In this document: piece after piece, positions 39,840 to 49,281 of the stretch
Layout: each line of letters opens with the position of its first letter
Position numbering within the stretch: the first letter of the stretch is position 1
NCBI GenBank assembly: GCA_965228895.1
Contig: OZ245842.1
Location: 4,224,001 to 4,288,000 of the forward strand
Reading direction: 5' to 3'
DNA from: Alphaproteobacteria bacterium
GTDB taxonomy: Bacteria > Pseudomonadota > Alphaproteobacteria > SP197
Length of the DNA: 64,000 bases
Position numbers and translations under genes: made by a program
The notes under the pieces: generated by a model
Databases searched by the model: none
What the model saw: only the letters and a program-made list of their open reading frames with translations
Told to the model about the DNA's origin: nothing

Positions 39840-40438
39840 GGCTGCTGCTCACTTTGATCCGCTCGAAGGCTGTGGACGAGCGGCAGGATCGTGTTGTTCA
39901 GAACCTGTTCGGTCACCGGACCGATATGCTTGTATGCAATGCGACCGTCGGGGCCCACGACGAAGGTCTCCGGCACACCGTAGACACCCCATTCTATTCC
40001 CACGCGGCCGTTCAGGTCTGCGCCGGTCCGTGTGTAGGGGTCCCCAAGCTCATCCAGCCAACTCGCTGCATCATGTCCCCGGTCCTTATAGTTTAGGCCG
40101 TGGATAGGCACCGTCCCAGACTGTGCCAGTTCCATAAACAGCGGATGTTCGACACGGCAAGTGGTACACCATGAAGCGAAAACATTAACCAGGGAGACTT
40201 CGCCACGAAGGTCCGCCGTCGCCAAGCCTAGCGTCCGACCTTGAACCGGTGCCAAGGCGAACTCTGGAACGGGCTTACCGATCAGAACGGACTGAATCTG
40301 CTGCGGGTTTCTCGTCAGCCCCATGCCGAGCGACACTATGATGGCCAACGCCAAAAAAACCGGGACGAGAAAGACCAATCGCCGCCGGATACGTGGACGT
40401 TCCGTACTGTTTATCGTTTCTAGTGGCTTGCCCGCCAT
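39836..40438 (-). CDS. dsbE: DsbE/CcmG thiol:disulfide interchange protein
   Basis: NVFASWCTTC, GLNYKD, YGVPETF. Confidence 0.9.
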   Translation of the reverse strand: MAGKPLETINSTERPRIRRRLVFLVPVFLALAIIVSLGMGLTRNPQQIQSVLIGKPVPEFALAPVQGRTLGLATADLRGEVSLVNVFASWCTTCRVEHPLFMELAQSGTVPIHGLNYKDRGHDAASWLDELGDPYTRTGADLNGRVGIEWGVYGVPETFVVGPDGRIAYKHIGPVTEQVLNNTILPLVHSLRADQSEQQP

Positions 40439-40653
40439 AACATCTTCCCCCTTTCATACGTCACTTGCGGGGCCTGTATCTCGGCGTCTCGGCTTTTCTT
40501 TTACGGGACAGTCGATGATGGCGGTCGTCTGCGCCGGGGCCAGCCCGGCCTCGCCTTCCCCCTCTGCAACGACATCCCGTTTGATATCTCGCAGAGCCCA
40601 GAACACGGCCAATGCTGGGGCGGCATCGCAATCGCTCTTGTGAACTGCCGGGA

Positions 40654-41283
40654 TCATCGAGCACTCATGGTCAATGGCTTGAGATCACGAATGATGTCCT
40701 CTGCGCGTGTCCCGTATGCATAGGCCCTCAAAAAGTATCCGTTCGGCGAGATGAGATAGATGGCCGAGGTGTGAGCCATGGTGTAGCCGTCGGGTGCTCC
40801 TTCCTGCTCGATCGTCTCATAGTAGATGCGGAAGTTCTCGGCGGTCGTAGCAATCTCTGCCTCGGTTCCGGTGAAACCGATGATGGATGGGTGAAAGGCT
40901 GCGACGTACTCCGCCAAATCCTGAACTCGATCTCGCCTTGGATCAATTGTGATGAAAAGCGGCTGGATATTCTCCGCCGATCGATCGAGTCCATCCATCA
41001 TTCCGGCGATAACGGACAACGTCGTTGGACAGACATCGGGGCAGTTGGTGAAACCGAAAAAGATGAGCAACCACTTCCCCCGATAATCGGCCTCGGTCGC
41101 TGCCTCCCCTTCGTGATCGGTGAGCGCGAAAGCTGTCCGGATATCGCTTGGCCGCACTGTCTCAGCATCGACCATCGTACGTCCCGGCGGCTGCCATGCC
41201 TGCCAAAACACCAGTCCAGAGAACCCCACAACCGCGGCCGTAACCAGACCCCACAGCATCTTGCGCAGAACCGAGAGTCTCAT
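40654..41283 (-). CDS. SCO family protein
   Basis: FGFTNCPDVCP, DP.RD, YTMAH. Confidence 0.92.
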   Translation of the reverse strand: MRLSVLRKMLWGLVTAAVVGFSGLVFWQAWQPPGRTMVDAETVRPSDIRTAFALTDHEGEAATEADYRGKWLLIFFGFTNCPDVCPTTLSVIAGMMDGLDRSAENIQPLFITIDPRRDRVQDLAEYVAAFHPSIIGFTGTEAEIATTAENFRIYYETIEQEGAPDGYTMAHTSAIYLISPNGYFLRAYAYGTRAEDIIRDLKPLTMSAR

Positions 41284-41438
41284 TGCTGGTGCCCGTCTAC
41301 CTAAACCTGTCCTGCCGTCCAGCCGACGGTGTCGTCCGAACGTTGAGGGAACTTGGATCGCCGGTCTATCATGACGCTTGGTCGTCACAAGACCGCCTCC
41401 TAAACACGAACCCACGGGAAGTGAGGTCCGCCGTCACC

Positions 41439-42089
41439 TCAACCGCCACGCGCCGCGTCGACTTCGGTACGCACGAGGTCGTAGAGTTGTTGGGCGCCGA
41501 AGGAGGGCAGTGGCTTGCCGTTGACAAAGAAGGTAGGGGTCTGTTTCACACCAACCAATTGAACATCACTCATATCCTGATTGAGCCTTGCAGTAATGTC
41601 CGGCATCAACATGTCGCGGCGTGCTCGTGACACGTCGAGTCCGGCGGCACCGGCCGCCTCCCACGCCTTGCTGAGATCAGCTGAACCATGTGCCGCCCAA
41701 GCCGGCTGTGCCTCCAATACCGCCTCAAGAACTGGTTCAAACACGCCCTGAAGCCGCGCCGTTTCGAGAATGCGGACCGCTTCGTCAGAGCCGTCGTGGA
41801 ATACCGTGTATCGAAGTACTACTCGAACCTCATCGGGAAAGTCGGCCAAGATCTGCTTCACGACGGGATGGAATGCGCGACAGGCTTCGCAGGCGGGGTC
41901 AAAAAACTCGACGATAGTCACGGGCGCGTCCGCCGGACCGATAACTGGCGAATGAGATCGCACAAGCAGATTCTCCTCTGTAGTGGACGAAACCTGTTGT
42001 GCGGTACTGCGGTCATAGAAGAACGCAGCTGCTGCAAAAACTACGATGGCCACCGCGATTGTCGTGACGACTATCAATCGTCCGGTCAT
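41439..42089 (-). CDS. DsbA-family (BdbD-like) oxidoreductase
   Basis: EFFDPACEAC, TPTFFVNG. Confidence 0.9.
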   Translation of the reverse strand: MTGRLIVVTTIAVAIVVFAAAAFFYDRSTAQQVSSTTEENLLVRSHSPVIGPADAPVTIVEFFDPACEACRAFHPVVKQILADFPDEVRVVLRYTVFHDGSDEAVRILETARLQGVFEPVLEAVLEAQPAWAAHGSADLSKAWEAAGAAGLDVSRARRDMLMPDITARLNQDMSDVQLVGVKQTPTFFVNGKPLPSFGAQQLYDLVRTEVDAARGG

Positions 42090-42541
42090 TTGGCGCTCCC
42101 TTTTCGGACCAACAACATAAGAATGATAATGGCGCTGAAGGCGCCGAGTGACAGCACCGGCAACGGCAAGCCACCCAGAACCGTCATGTCGCCGCTAGTA
42201 CAAGAGGGTCCGGCGCCACACGGTTCAATCGCCTCAGGGACGACGCCTGCAAAGAGCAGCACATGGTAAGCGGCCATGAGCCAACCTAAGGCAGCCAACG
42301 GGAGCACATAGCGCCACGCACCGCTATCCGAGACATAGCAAGCAACCGCGAGCACCACGGCAAGAGGAAACATAAAGACCCGCTGATACCAACAGAGGAC
42401 ACAAGGCGTCTGTCCCATGACCTCGCCGACAAAGAGTGCACCGAGTGTCGAAAGCAACGCGATGAGCCATGCCGTAAACATCCAGGCTGTTAACACAGCT
42501 TGCCACGACCACTTGCCACGGCCCTCCGTACTCGTCGTCAT
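42086..42541 (-). CDS. dsbB: Disulfide bond formation protein B (BdbC-like)
   Basis: PCVLCWYQR and a second Cys pair PCGAGPSC. Confidence 0.9.
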   Translation of the reverse strand: MTTSTEGRGKWSWQAVLTAWMFTAWLIALLSTLGALFVGEVMGQTPCVLCWYQRVFMFPLAVVLAVACYVSDSGAWRYVLPLAALGWLMAAYHVLLFAGVVPEAIEPCGAGPSCTSGDMTVLGGLPLPVLSLGAFSAIIILMLLVRKGSAK

Positions 42542-42698
42542 CGAGTTCGCATTCTTCCTTGCAGCAGCATTTGGGCAACGCATTGGAGTTTTATGCCGCT
42601 CGGCGCAAGTGCGGCGTCACCCTCTAGCCGCGCGATCGCGGTTCGGTCTGCGACATGGTCTTTCACAAGCATGCCATTCTCCTCGACAGGCATGCTCA

Positions 42699-42729
42699 CA
42701 AATACAACCTACAGCAACTGGAGGTTCAA
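42699..42729 (-). promoter_or_regulatory. MerR-type promoter/operator upstream of dsbB
   Basis: Minus strand: TTGAAC, 19-bp spacer CTCCAGTTGCTGTAGGTTG, then TATTTG (weak -10). Confidence 0.65.
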
Positions 42730-42828
42730 GAGTTGATCCGAGCATTGTCCAGGCTGCTATGACTCACTTTGAATAGCCCCTAGATTTGTAGACGCCTTCT
42801 TCCCTAATTTTGAGGCAAGGAGGCACAG

Positions 42829-43097
42829 ATGGGTAAAGCCAATTTCAGTGAGGACTTCAAACGGGACGCGGTGGCGCAGATCACCGAGCGCGGCTATCCT
42901 GTTGCGGAGGTTTCGCAGCGTCTTGGGGTGAGCCAGCATTCGCTCTACGCCTGGAAGCGGAAGTACGCGAGGGCATCTTCGGGAGAGGCCGGGAAGGATG
43001 CCGAGATCAGGCGTCTGAAGCGCGAGCTCGCCCGCGTGACCGAGGAGCGCGACATTCTAAAAAAGCCACCGCGTATTTCGCCAGGGATGCAAAGTGA
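42829..43097 (+). CDS. IS3 OrfA (its normal C-terminus is out of frame after the A6G site)
   Basis: FSEDFKRDAV, HTH, EERDILKK. The expected ATAYFARDAK* tail lies in another frame. Confidence 0.75.
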
Positions 43098-43969
43098 GAT
43101 TCGCGTTCATCGCCGGGCATCGCCCTGTGTTCTCGGTACGGGCGATGTGTCGCTGCCTGCGCCTTCATCCGAGCGGCTTCTATGCGTGGCTCAAGCACCC
43201 GCTGAGCAAGCGGGCACGCGAAGATGCCCGCCAGACCGCACTCATCCGGAAGGCCTGGAAGGAGAGCGGCAGGATCTACGGCTATCGCAAGCTTCATGAT
43301 GATCTGCTGGACCAGGGCGAGACGTGCTGCCCGAACCGTGTGGCCCGTCTGGCCAGGTTGGCAGGCATCAAGGCCCAGATCGGTTACATGCGCCGGCCCG
43401 GCACCTATGGCGGCAAGCCATCAGTGGTGGTCGACAATACGCTGGATAGGCAGTTCGATGTGGACGCGCCCGACGGGGTCTGGGTCACCGACATCACCTA
43501 TATCAGGACGCTCGAAGGCTTCGCCTATCTGGCCGTGGTGATCGATCTGTACTCCCGCCGTGTGGTCGGCTGGTCGATGCAGAGCCGCCAGACGACCGAT
43601 GTTGTCCTGCAGGCTTTGCTCATGGCGGTGTGGCGCCGGAAGCCAAAGCACAAGGTGCTCGTCCACTCCGACCAGGGCTCGCAGTTCACCAGCATGGACT
43701 GGGCGGCGTTCATCAAGGCTCACAACCTCGAGCATTCGATGAGCAGGCGCGGGAACTGCCATGACAACGCCGTGGCCGAGAGCTTCTTCAACCTGCTGAA
43801 GCGCGAGCGGATAAGACGCCGGACCTACAAGACCCGCGCCGAGGCAAGGCAGGATGTGTTCGACTACATCGAGATGTTCTACAATCCCAAGCGCAAACAC
43901 GTGAGAAACGGGATGCTGTCGCCCGTCCAGTTCGAACGCCAGCAGAAAACCAAGACCGAAGGCGTCTAG
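43094..43969 (+). CDS. IS3 OrfB DDE transposase
   Basis: WVTDITY, HSDQGSQF, DNAVAESFF. Confidence 0.92.
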   Translation: MRFAFIAGHRPVFSVRAMCRCLRLHPSGFYAWLKHPLSKRAREDARQTALIRKAWKESGRIYGYRKLHDDLLDQGETCCPNRVARLARLAGIKAQIGYMRRPGTYGGKPSVVVDNTLDRQFDVDAPDGVWVTDITYIRTLEGFAYLAVVIDLYSRRVVGWSMQSRQTTDVVLQALLMAVWRRKPKHKVLVHSDQGSQFTSMDWAAFIKAHNLEHSMSRRGNCHDNAVAESFFNLLKRERIRRRTYKTRAEARQDVFDYIEMFYNPKRKHVRNGMLSPVQFERQQKTKTEGV

Positions 43970-44073
43970 AAAACGCGGGGCTATTCAATCCGACCGATGA
44001 GATCTCCGCTTTGAGCGTTGACGCCGACGTCGTTCCTAGCTCCGTAGATGTTCGCTTTTGGCCGTGAGCCGAC

Positions 44074-44526
44074 TCAGTGTGCCTGAGACGTTCCTTGATT
44101 TTCTGCAGGATCGCGTAGCGGTGAGTTATCCGCCAGAGCCTCGACGATCTGGCAATGCTCCACTCGACCGCCGCGGCAGGCCTTGATCATGCGCACAAGT
44201 TCGCCTTTCAGTGCAGTGAGCCGGGCAATACGTTGGTTCACGGAGTAGAGGTGCGTCCGAGCAATCTCGGTGACGGCCTCGCAGGACCTGTCTGGATGTT
44301 CCGTTAGCTCCAAGAGCTCTCGAATAACGGCCTGCGAAAACCCGAGATCCCGACAGTGTTGAACGAAGTTGAGCCGGGCCAGGTGAGCGGAGCCGTAGAG
44401 CCGTGTATTGCCAGGCGAACGTCCGGGCGCTGGCATAAGACCGATCTGTTCGTAGTAACGGATTGTGGCGACCTTACAGCCAGTTTCTCTGGCGAGGTGG
44501 CCGATTGTGAACTCTGTCACTGCCAT
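44074..44526 (-). CDS. MerR-family regulator
   Basis: FTIGHLA, TIRYYE and three Cys. Divergent from the cation transporter. Confidence 0.9.
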   Translation of the reverse strand: MAVTEFTIGHLARETGCKVATIRYYEQIGLMPAPGRSPGNTRLYGSAHLARLNFVQHCRDLGFSQAVIRELLELTEHPDRSCEAVTEIARTHLYSVNQRIARLTALKGELVRMIKACRGGRVEHCQIVEALADNSPLRDPAENQGTSQAH

Positions 44527-44537
44527 CGAATTATGCC

Positions 44538-44568
44538 TTGAATCTCTAGTTACTATAGATCGTAGATT
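44538..44568 (+). promoter_or_regulatory. MerR-type promoter/operator
   Basis: TTGAAT, 19-bp spacer CTCTAGTTACTATAGATCG, then TAGATT. Confidence 0.8.
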
Positions 44569-44619
44569 GCTGACGACGGATACACAAGGTTCCGAAACGG
44601 CAAGAAGGATTCTGGCAGT

Positions 44620-45276
44620 ATGGCCGGTTGCGGCTGCGGTGAAGAATTGGGTTTTGACGGCCTCTCAGCGTCGTACAAACGTGTGCTCTGGGTGGTCATC
44701 GCCATTAACGGGACGATGTTTGCGGCCGAGATTGCTGCGGGCGTCTTCGCGGGTTCGCAGGCCCTCAAGGCCGATGCACTCGACTTCCTGGGCGACACCG
44801 CGACCTATGCAATTACGCTGTTTGTCATTGGCATGCCGCTTGTGTGGCGTGCCCGCGCTGCGCTCTTCAAGGGACTAACCCTTGGCGCAATGGGCCTGTG
44901 GGTGTTGGGTTCAACGATCTATCACGTTGCTGTTCTCGACCTTCCGAAGGCAGAGGTGATGGGTGTTGTTGGATTCCTGGCATTGGCGGCCAATCTCACC
45001 AGCGTCCTGCTCTTACTCAAGTTTCGGAACGGCGACTCTAATGTTCGCTCCGTCTGGCTTTGCAGTCGCAATGACGCCATCGGCAACGTGGCCGTCGTTC
45101 TTGCGGCAAGTGGCGTGTGGGCAACCAATACCGCGTGGCCGGATCTGACAGTTGCCGGCATCATGGCGAGCTTGTTTCTGTGGTCTTCCGTCCGGATCGT
45201 CCGCCATGCTCGCTTTGAGTTGCGCCATGCCAATGAAGTTCCGGCGGAGTCGACGACTATGGGAGTGAGGCCATGA
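44620..45276 (+). CDS. Short CDF-family cation efflux transporter
   Basis: MAGCGC, ADALDFLGD, WLCSRNDAIGN, WPD. Confidence 0.88.
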   Translation: MAGCGCGEELGFDGLSASYKRVLWVVIAINGTMFAAEIAAGVFAGSQALKADALDFLGDTATYAITLFVIGMPLVWRARAALFKGLTLGAMGLWVLGSTIYHVAVLDLPKAEVMGVVGFLALAANLTSVLLLLKFRNGDSNVRSVWLCSRNDAIGNVAVVLAASGVWATNTAWPDLTVAGIMASLFLWSSVRIVRHARFELRHANEVPAESTTMGVRP

Positions 45277-45859
45277 GAACAGGAAGAATGAAATCTAGTT
45301 TTGTTTTAGCCGGCGTTCTTGCGCTTGCTGTTGCAGTCGCTGCCCTATTTGATCTCAGCAAGGCCACCGCTCAATCATCCGACACTCAAACACCCCCGTG
45401 CTGTTCGGACATGTGGGGCCCTTTTGGATGCAGCGCGATATGTGGGGCTCCGATCAGATGGGTCCCGGCATGAACCAGAGGATGGAGCACCATTGGACCT
45501 TCATGCATCAAGGCATCCCCACTGACTATCGTGGAGCCGGCAAACCCCTTTCACCGGATGCCAAGACGATCAATGCAGGTCGCACCCTCTATGCGGAGAA
45601 CTGCGCTTCCTGTCATGGCGCATCGGGCATGGGCGGCGGCGAAGCGGGACGTTCACTCAATCCCTCTCCAGCCCTGCTCGCCTACATGATCCAAATGCCA
45701 ATGGCTGTTGACGAGTATCTCTTGTGGACAATCTCTAGTGGTGGCGAAGCATTCGTAACCGACATGCCCCCGTTCAAGGACGGGCTCACCACCGAAGAAA
45801 TTTGAACGATCGTTACCTACATGCGTGCCGGGTTTCCCAGTGAATCGACGAAACAATGA
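45273..45859 (+). pseudogene. Cytochrome c pseudogene (frameshift plus nonsense codon)
   Basis: The signal peptide frame (45273) shifts near 45420 into the frame with CASCH. TGA at 45803 interrupts EEI*TIVTYMRAGFP. Confidence 0.7.
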
Positions 45860-45870
45860 GGATTGCACCA

Positions 45871-46209
45871 ATGAAAATGCTAATCCGTTTGGTTATCACA
45901 GTGCTTGGCTTTGTCTTTGTTACCTCTACCGCATTGTCACAACAGGTCCAGAACAGCCCTTATGGACCGGACATGTGGCATGGCGGATGGTCGGGATGGT
46001 TCATGGGTCCGTTCATGATGATCATCATCTTGGTCGTGGCGGTTGTCGTGATCGTCTTGATCGTACGCTTTCTCGGTGGCGCTGGTCACAGCGGCACACC
46101 GCATGTCCCGCCGGGCAGGACGGCCCTTGATATTCTGAAGGAGCGGTATGCACGCGGTGAGATTGACAAAGCCGAGTTCGAGGAGCGGCGGCGGGTGATC
46201 GGTGATTAA
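45871..46209 (+). CDS. SHOCT-domain membrane protein
   Basis: ALDILKERYARGEIDKAEFEERR. Confidence 0.85.
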   Translation: MKMLIRLVITVLGFVFVTSTALSQQVQNSPYGPDMWHGGWSGWFMGPFMMIIILVVAVVVIVLIVRFLGGAGHSGTPHVPPGRTALDILKERYARGEIDKAEFEERRRVIGD

Positions 46210-46218
46210 CGGTCTTCG

Positions 46219-46755
46219 TTGAAGACGGTTGTGCACACGTCATGGTTCGGAAGACGCCGCACGCTCCGGCGTCTCACGATGGCTGGCTCGTTAAGTGCTG
46301 GAATCGTTGCGGTCGATCTGGGCACCAAGTGGTTCGCTGAAGGCACCGTACAGGACTCTGCACAGCCTATAGCGGTCACGACATTCTTCAATCTCGTACT
46401 GCACTACAATCGGGGCGTCAGTTTCGGCTTCCTGAGTACAGAGCATCCCCTCATGCCGTATGCTTTGGGCGCAGCCGCGTTAGTTCTGATCGTGCTTGTC
46501 GGCATTTGGCTTTGGCGTACATCGAGTTCTCTGCTCGCACTTGGTCTCACCTGCATCTTCGGCGGCGCGATCAGTAACCTGTTGGATCGGATTTGGGACG
46601 GCGCCGTAACTGACTTTTTGGATTTCTACTTGCGAGCGTATCACTGGCCAGCCTTTAATTTGGCCGATGTTGCGATTACCTGCGGAGTCGTCATTAGTTT
46701 CTGCTGGTCATTTTCGTCATCGAAAGTTGGACCCGACAACCGGGTTGAGGAGTGA
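46219..46755 (+). CDS. lspA: Lipoprotein signal peptidase II, second paralog
   Basis: NRGVSFG, GGAISNLLDR, VTDF, FNLAD. Start is uncertain. Confidence 0.88.
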   Translation: MKTVVHTSWFGRRRTLRRLTMAGSLSAGIVAVDLGTKWFAEGTVQDSAQPIAVTTFFNLVLHYNRGVSFGFLSTEHPLMPYALGAAALVLIVLVGIWLWRTSSSLLALGLTCIFGGAISNLLDRIWDGAVTDFLDFYLRAYHWPAFNLADVAITCGVVISFCWSFSSSKVGPDNRVEE

Positions 46756-46969
46756 AGGATCATGCCATGCGAACCTGCTTCCCTCTACGTAGAGAAGATG
46801 GTGCGCGTCTCTCGCGTTGACGATCGTTCCGGCCCCTGACTTATGGCCGCTTCGGGTTGATAGTGGATCTGAACGCTAGTAATCCAGGAGGCCCGCTTCC
46901 AGCTATGAAGCAGACGGGCATCGTCAACTTAACCGGCCGAAATCATGTACGACCTGGATCGTCGCCCGA

Positions 46970-47150
46970 TCAGACGGCCGAAGAAGCACCAGTCCATAGA
47001 ACGAACGAGCCGCTGCCAAGGTCTTTGTAACTGGCTCGGTTGAGCAGATGACACTGGTGGTAAAAGGTTTTGTAGGTAGCGGCGTAGACCGCAAGGAAAC
47101 GTTGTGCGAATCCTGACCGAAACCACGCTTGTCGCTCTCCTCGTTGACGT
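46970..47150 (-). pseudogene. IS6-family transposase C-terminal remnant
   Basis: FRSGFAQRFLAVYAATYKTFYHQCHL resembles the IS6 C-terminus AQRFLS.HAA.YNTF..QRHL. Confidence 0.55.
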
Positions 47151-47257
47151 ACTACATCATGCTGAAATATTGCCATGACCAAACTACTTGAACTAGCGCT
47201 AAATACCAAGTGCCAACACGGCAACAAGCAACGCGTCGTCTAATAGGCTTCCTCAGT

Positions 47258-47857
47258 CTAATCAGAAGGATCAACTTGTTTCTCGGCATGAGAACCGCCC
47301 TCGACGACGACAGGACAAACGAGTGGCTCGCCTATTTTCTTCGCAGCAAACAGGACTGAGAAGCCGAGCATGCCGACCCCCAACATGCCAAACTCTTGGC
47401 CGTCGAATGGCAAAATGGAAACCAGCCCGGCGGCGCCCACCAAAGAGAGTACAGGGCTGAGGACGAACGTGCCGCACGCAGCACAGCCGATACCAAGAAA
47501 GCCGCTTACAAGTCCACCAAGTCCTGCTGCGGCACCCGCTTGGCCCGTCTGAGTGTTCAATCGTCTTCGCTGGTTCACATAGTACGTCACCATCGCAACG
47601 TTCATTCCAAACAAGACAGCGATTGCGGTCGTATACAAGCCAGAAAAGAACGTAAAATTAGTCGTGATCGACCCAACCAGACTCGTGAGAATTTTGGCCT
47701 TGTCGAGCAGGGGTATCGAAGATGAGACAGTGATCTGCCAAACAAGTTCCAAGTTCGGTAACCAGGTCGCGAGAACGAGCACGAGAATCGCAACAATTAT
47801 CGCGGGAAAAACGTAGGTCCACTCCTTGAAAACACAAATCAGCGCCTGGACAATCAT
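47258..47857 (-). CDS. Membrane protein with a GCAAC motif
   Basis: Four to five TM segments, GFLGIGCAACG, C-terminal Cys. Follows the DsbA gene. Confidence 0.7.
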   Translation of the reverse strand: MIVQALICVFKEWTYVFPAIIVAILVLVLATWLPNLELVWQITVSSSIPLLDKAKILTSLVGSITTNFTFFSGLYTTAIAVLFGMNVAMVTYYVNQRRRLNTQTGQAGAAAGLGGLVSGFLGIGCAACGTFVLSPVLSLVGAAGLVSILPFDGQEFGMLGVGMLGFSVLFAAKKIGEPLVCPVVVEGGSHAEKQVDPSD

Positions 47858-47863
47858 CGGAAC

Positions 47864-48832
47864 TCAATTCTTTGTAAGAGCCACCTCAATGATGGATTTG
47901 AAAGTCGAAAACGGCTGGGCGCCGCTTATCGGGAGCACTTCCCCATTGGGTGCGATTACGACGATATAGGGCGTCCCGGTGCCCCCCGAAGCAATAGCGT
48001 CCTGAAAATCTGCCTCGATATGACCGGCATATTTGCCGCCGCGCATATCGCCAACAAGACATGCCTCGAACAAATCGCGGTCCAGGCCAATCTCCTCAGC
48101 GATTTCAGGCAGGAGTAATAGGTCAAGGCCGTCATTTGACGGCGTAATTTCGAATAGCCTGTCGATATACGCCCAAAAAGCGTCATTCCCGCCGAGCTCG
48201 TTGGCACATTCGCTCGCCTGTGCTTCTTTCCGCGCCTTCGCATGAAGGGAATCGAGCGGGAAATGGCGGTATACCCATGCGACTTCACCAGTCTCACCGT
48301 ACTCGGTCATAATCCGCTTCAAGGTGGGATGAAGGCTCTTGCAGAACGGACACTCGAAATCGGAGAACTCTAGCAAGATTACTGGTGCGGCAGGGTCGCC
48401 AAGAATATGGTCCTCGTCGCCAACTGGCCTGACGGCTCCAGCCGCATCTTGCCGCGTCTGATCGGCCACCTGCTGTTGTTGGGCACGAAGTTCCTGGATC
48501 GCTTCGGCAATCACCTCTGGGTGACTAAGGATGTAACTTCGTATTATCTCTTCAATAGTCTTGCTGTCTTCAAGATCGAAACTGCCGACAGCCTGGCTCT
48601 GGTGAGTTGCCATGGCTGGCAAGCTCAGCGTCAGGCCTATCGCTAGTGTGACGGCGACAACGGCCATACCTAGAAAAGCCTTCAGGTCGTTGTACATCGG
48701 CGAGACTGGATGTCGTTCGTCGTTCAACATCGGTCGTTCAACTTTCCTGGCGATTGGCTCTTTCCTCGTGATCGTCATTGGTTCGACAAACGGCCGCTTG
48801 CTAACCCGACGCCCCCGGCTAATCTTCTTCAC
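47864..48832 (-). CDS. DsbA-family protein
   Basis: YILSHPEVI, EFSDFECPFC, RHFPL, GTP, GAQP. The true start is probably downstream. Confidence 0.88.
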   Translation of the reverse strand: MKKISRGRRVSKRPFVEPMTITRKEPIARKVERPMLNDERHPVSPMYNDLKAFLGMAVVAVTLAIGLTLSLPAMATHQSQAVGSFDLEDSKTIEEIIRSYILSHPEVIAEAIQELRAQQQQVADQTRQDAAGAVRPVGDEDHILGDPAAPVILLEFSDFECPFCKSLHPTLKRIMTEYGETGEVAWVYRHFPLDSLHAKARKEAQASECANELGGNDAFWAYIDRLFEITPSNDGLDLLLLPEIAEEIGLDRDLFEACLVGDMRGGKYAGHIEADFQDAIASGGTGTPYIVVIAPNGEVLPISGAQPFSTFKSIIEVALTKN

Positions 48833-49175
48833 GAGATTTTGTGTCTACAACCGTTGCCGATCTTTCTTTGGCCTTCGGATTGTCGGACGAGCAGGACTTC
48901 CCTCCTCCCTTCATGCAGAGACCTAGCGCGCACATCACGGCACAGGGCGCCAAGGTCAAGAGGATCGGCGCAATCCCAATTGCGACCAGCCAGCCCCAGT
49001 TGAGAGCAGCACCAGCTCCCAAGGTTACCACGGCCGATAAGATCAGGCCTCGGCGTCCGCCCAAGTACGGACGAACCCGGTTAGTCGCGTGCCGTGCGTA
49101 ATATCGAACAAGCTCAATCGCATCCTTGGTTAACGACGTCTCAGATGCCTTCGTTGTTTCGTTTGATGTGCTCAT
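48819..49175 (-). CDS. Small Cys-rich membrane protein (DUF2933-like)
   Basis: LAPCAVMCALGLCM, GAGG RBS. Confidence 0.65.
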   Translation of the reverse strand: MSTSNETTKASETSLTKDAIELVRYYARHATNRVRPYLGGRRGLILSAVVTLGAGAALNWGWLVAIGIAPILLTLAPCAVMCALGLCMKGGGKSCSSDNPKAKERSATVVDTKSREED

Positions 49176-49203
49176 CGTTCACCTCGTGCGATTGTGTTGA
49201 CTG

Positions 49204-49234
49204 TGTATAAGGCTTTCACCTGCTGGAAGGTCAA
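49204..49234 (-). promoter_or_regulatory. CueR-like MerR promoter/operator
   Basis: Minus strand: TTGACC, 19-bp spacer TTCCAGCAGGTGAAAGCCT, then TATACA. Contains an ACCTTCC half-site. Confidence 0.65.
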
Positions 49235-49281
49235 ACACCATCGGATTTTCGTTGGTTTGTGTCAGAGTAAACATTCTGCAA

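Larger units (their letters stand above)
42770..43987 (+). mobile_element. IS3-family insertion sequence
   Basis: IRs TGAATAGCCCCTAGATTTGTAGACGCC and GGCGTCTAGAAAACGCGGGGCTATTCA, with orfA and orfB. Confidence 0.93.

Noticed and set aside
45803-45805. Selenocysteine UGA readthrough in cytochrome c
   Set aside because: The position fits a Trp (EEIW) and the gene also has a frameshift, so a nonsense mutation is simpler.
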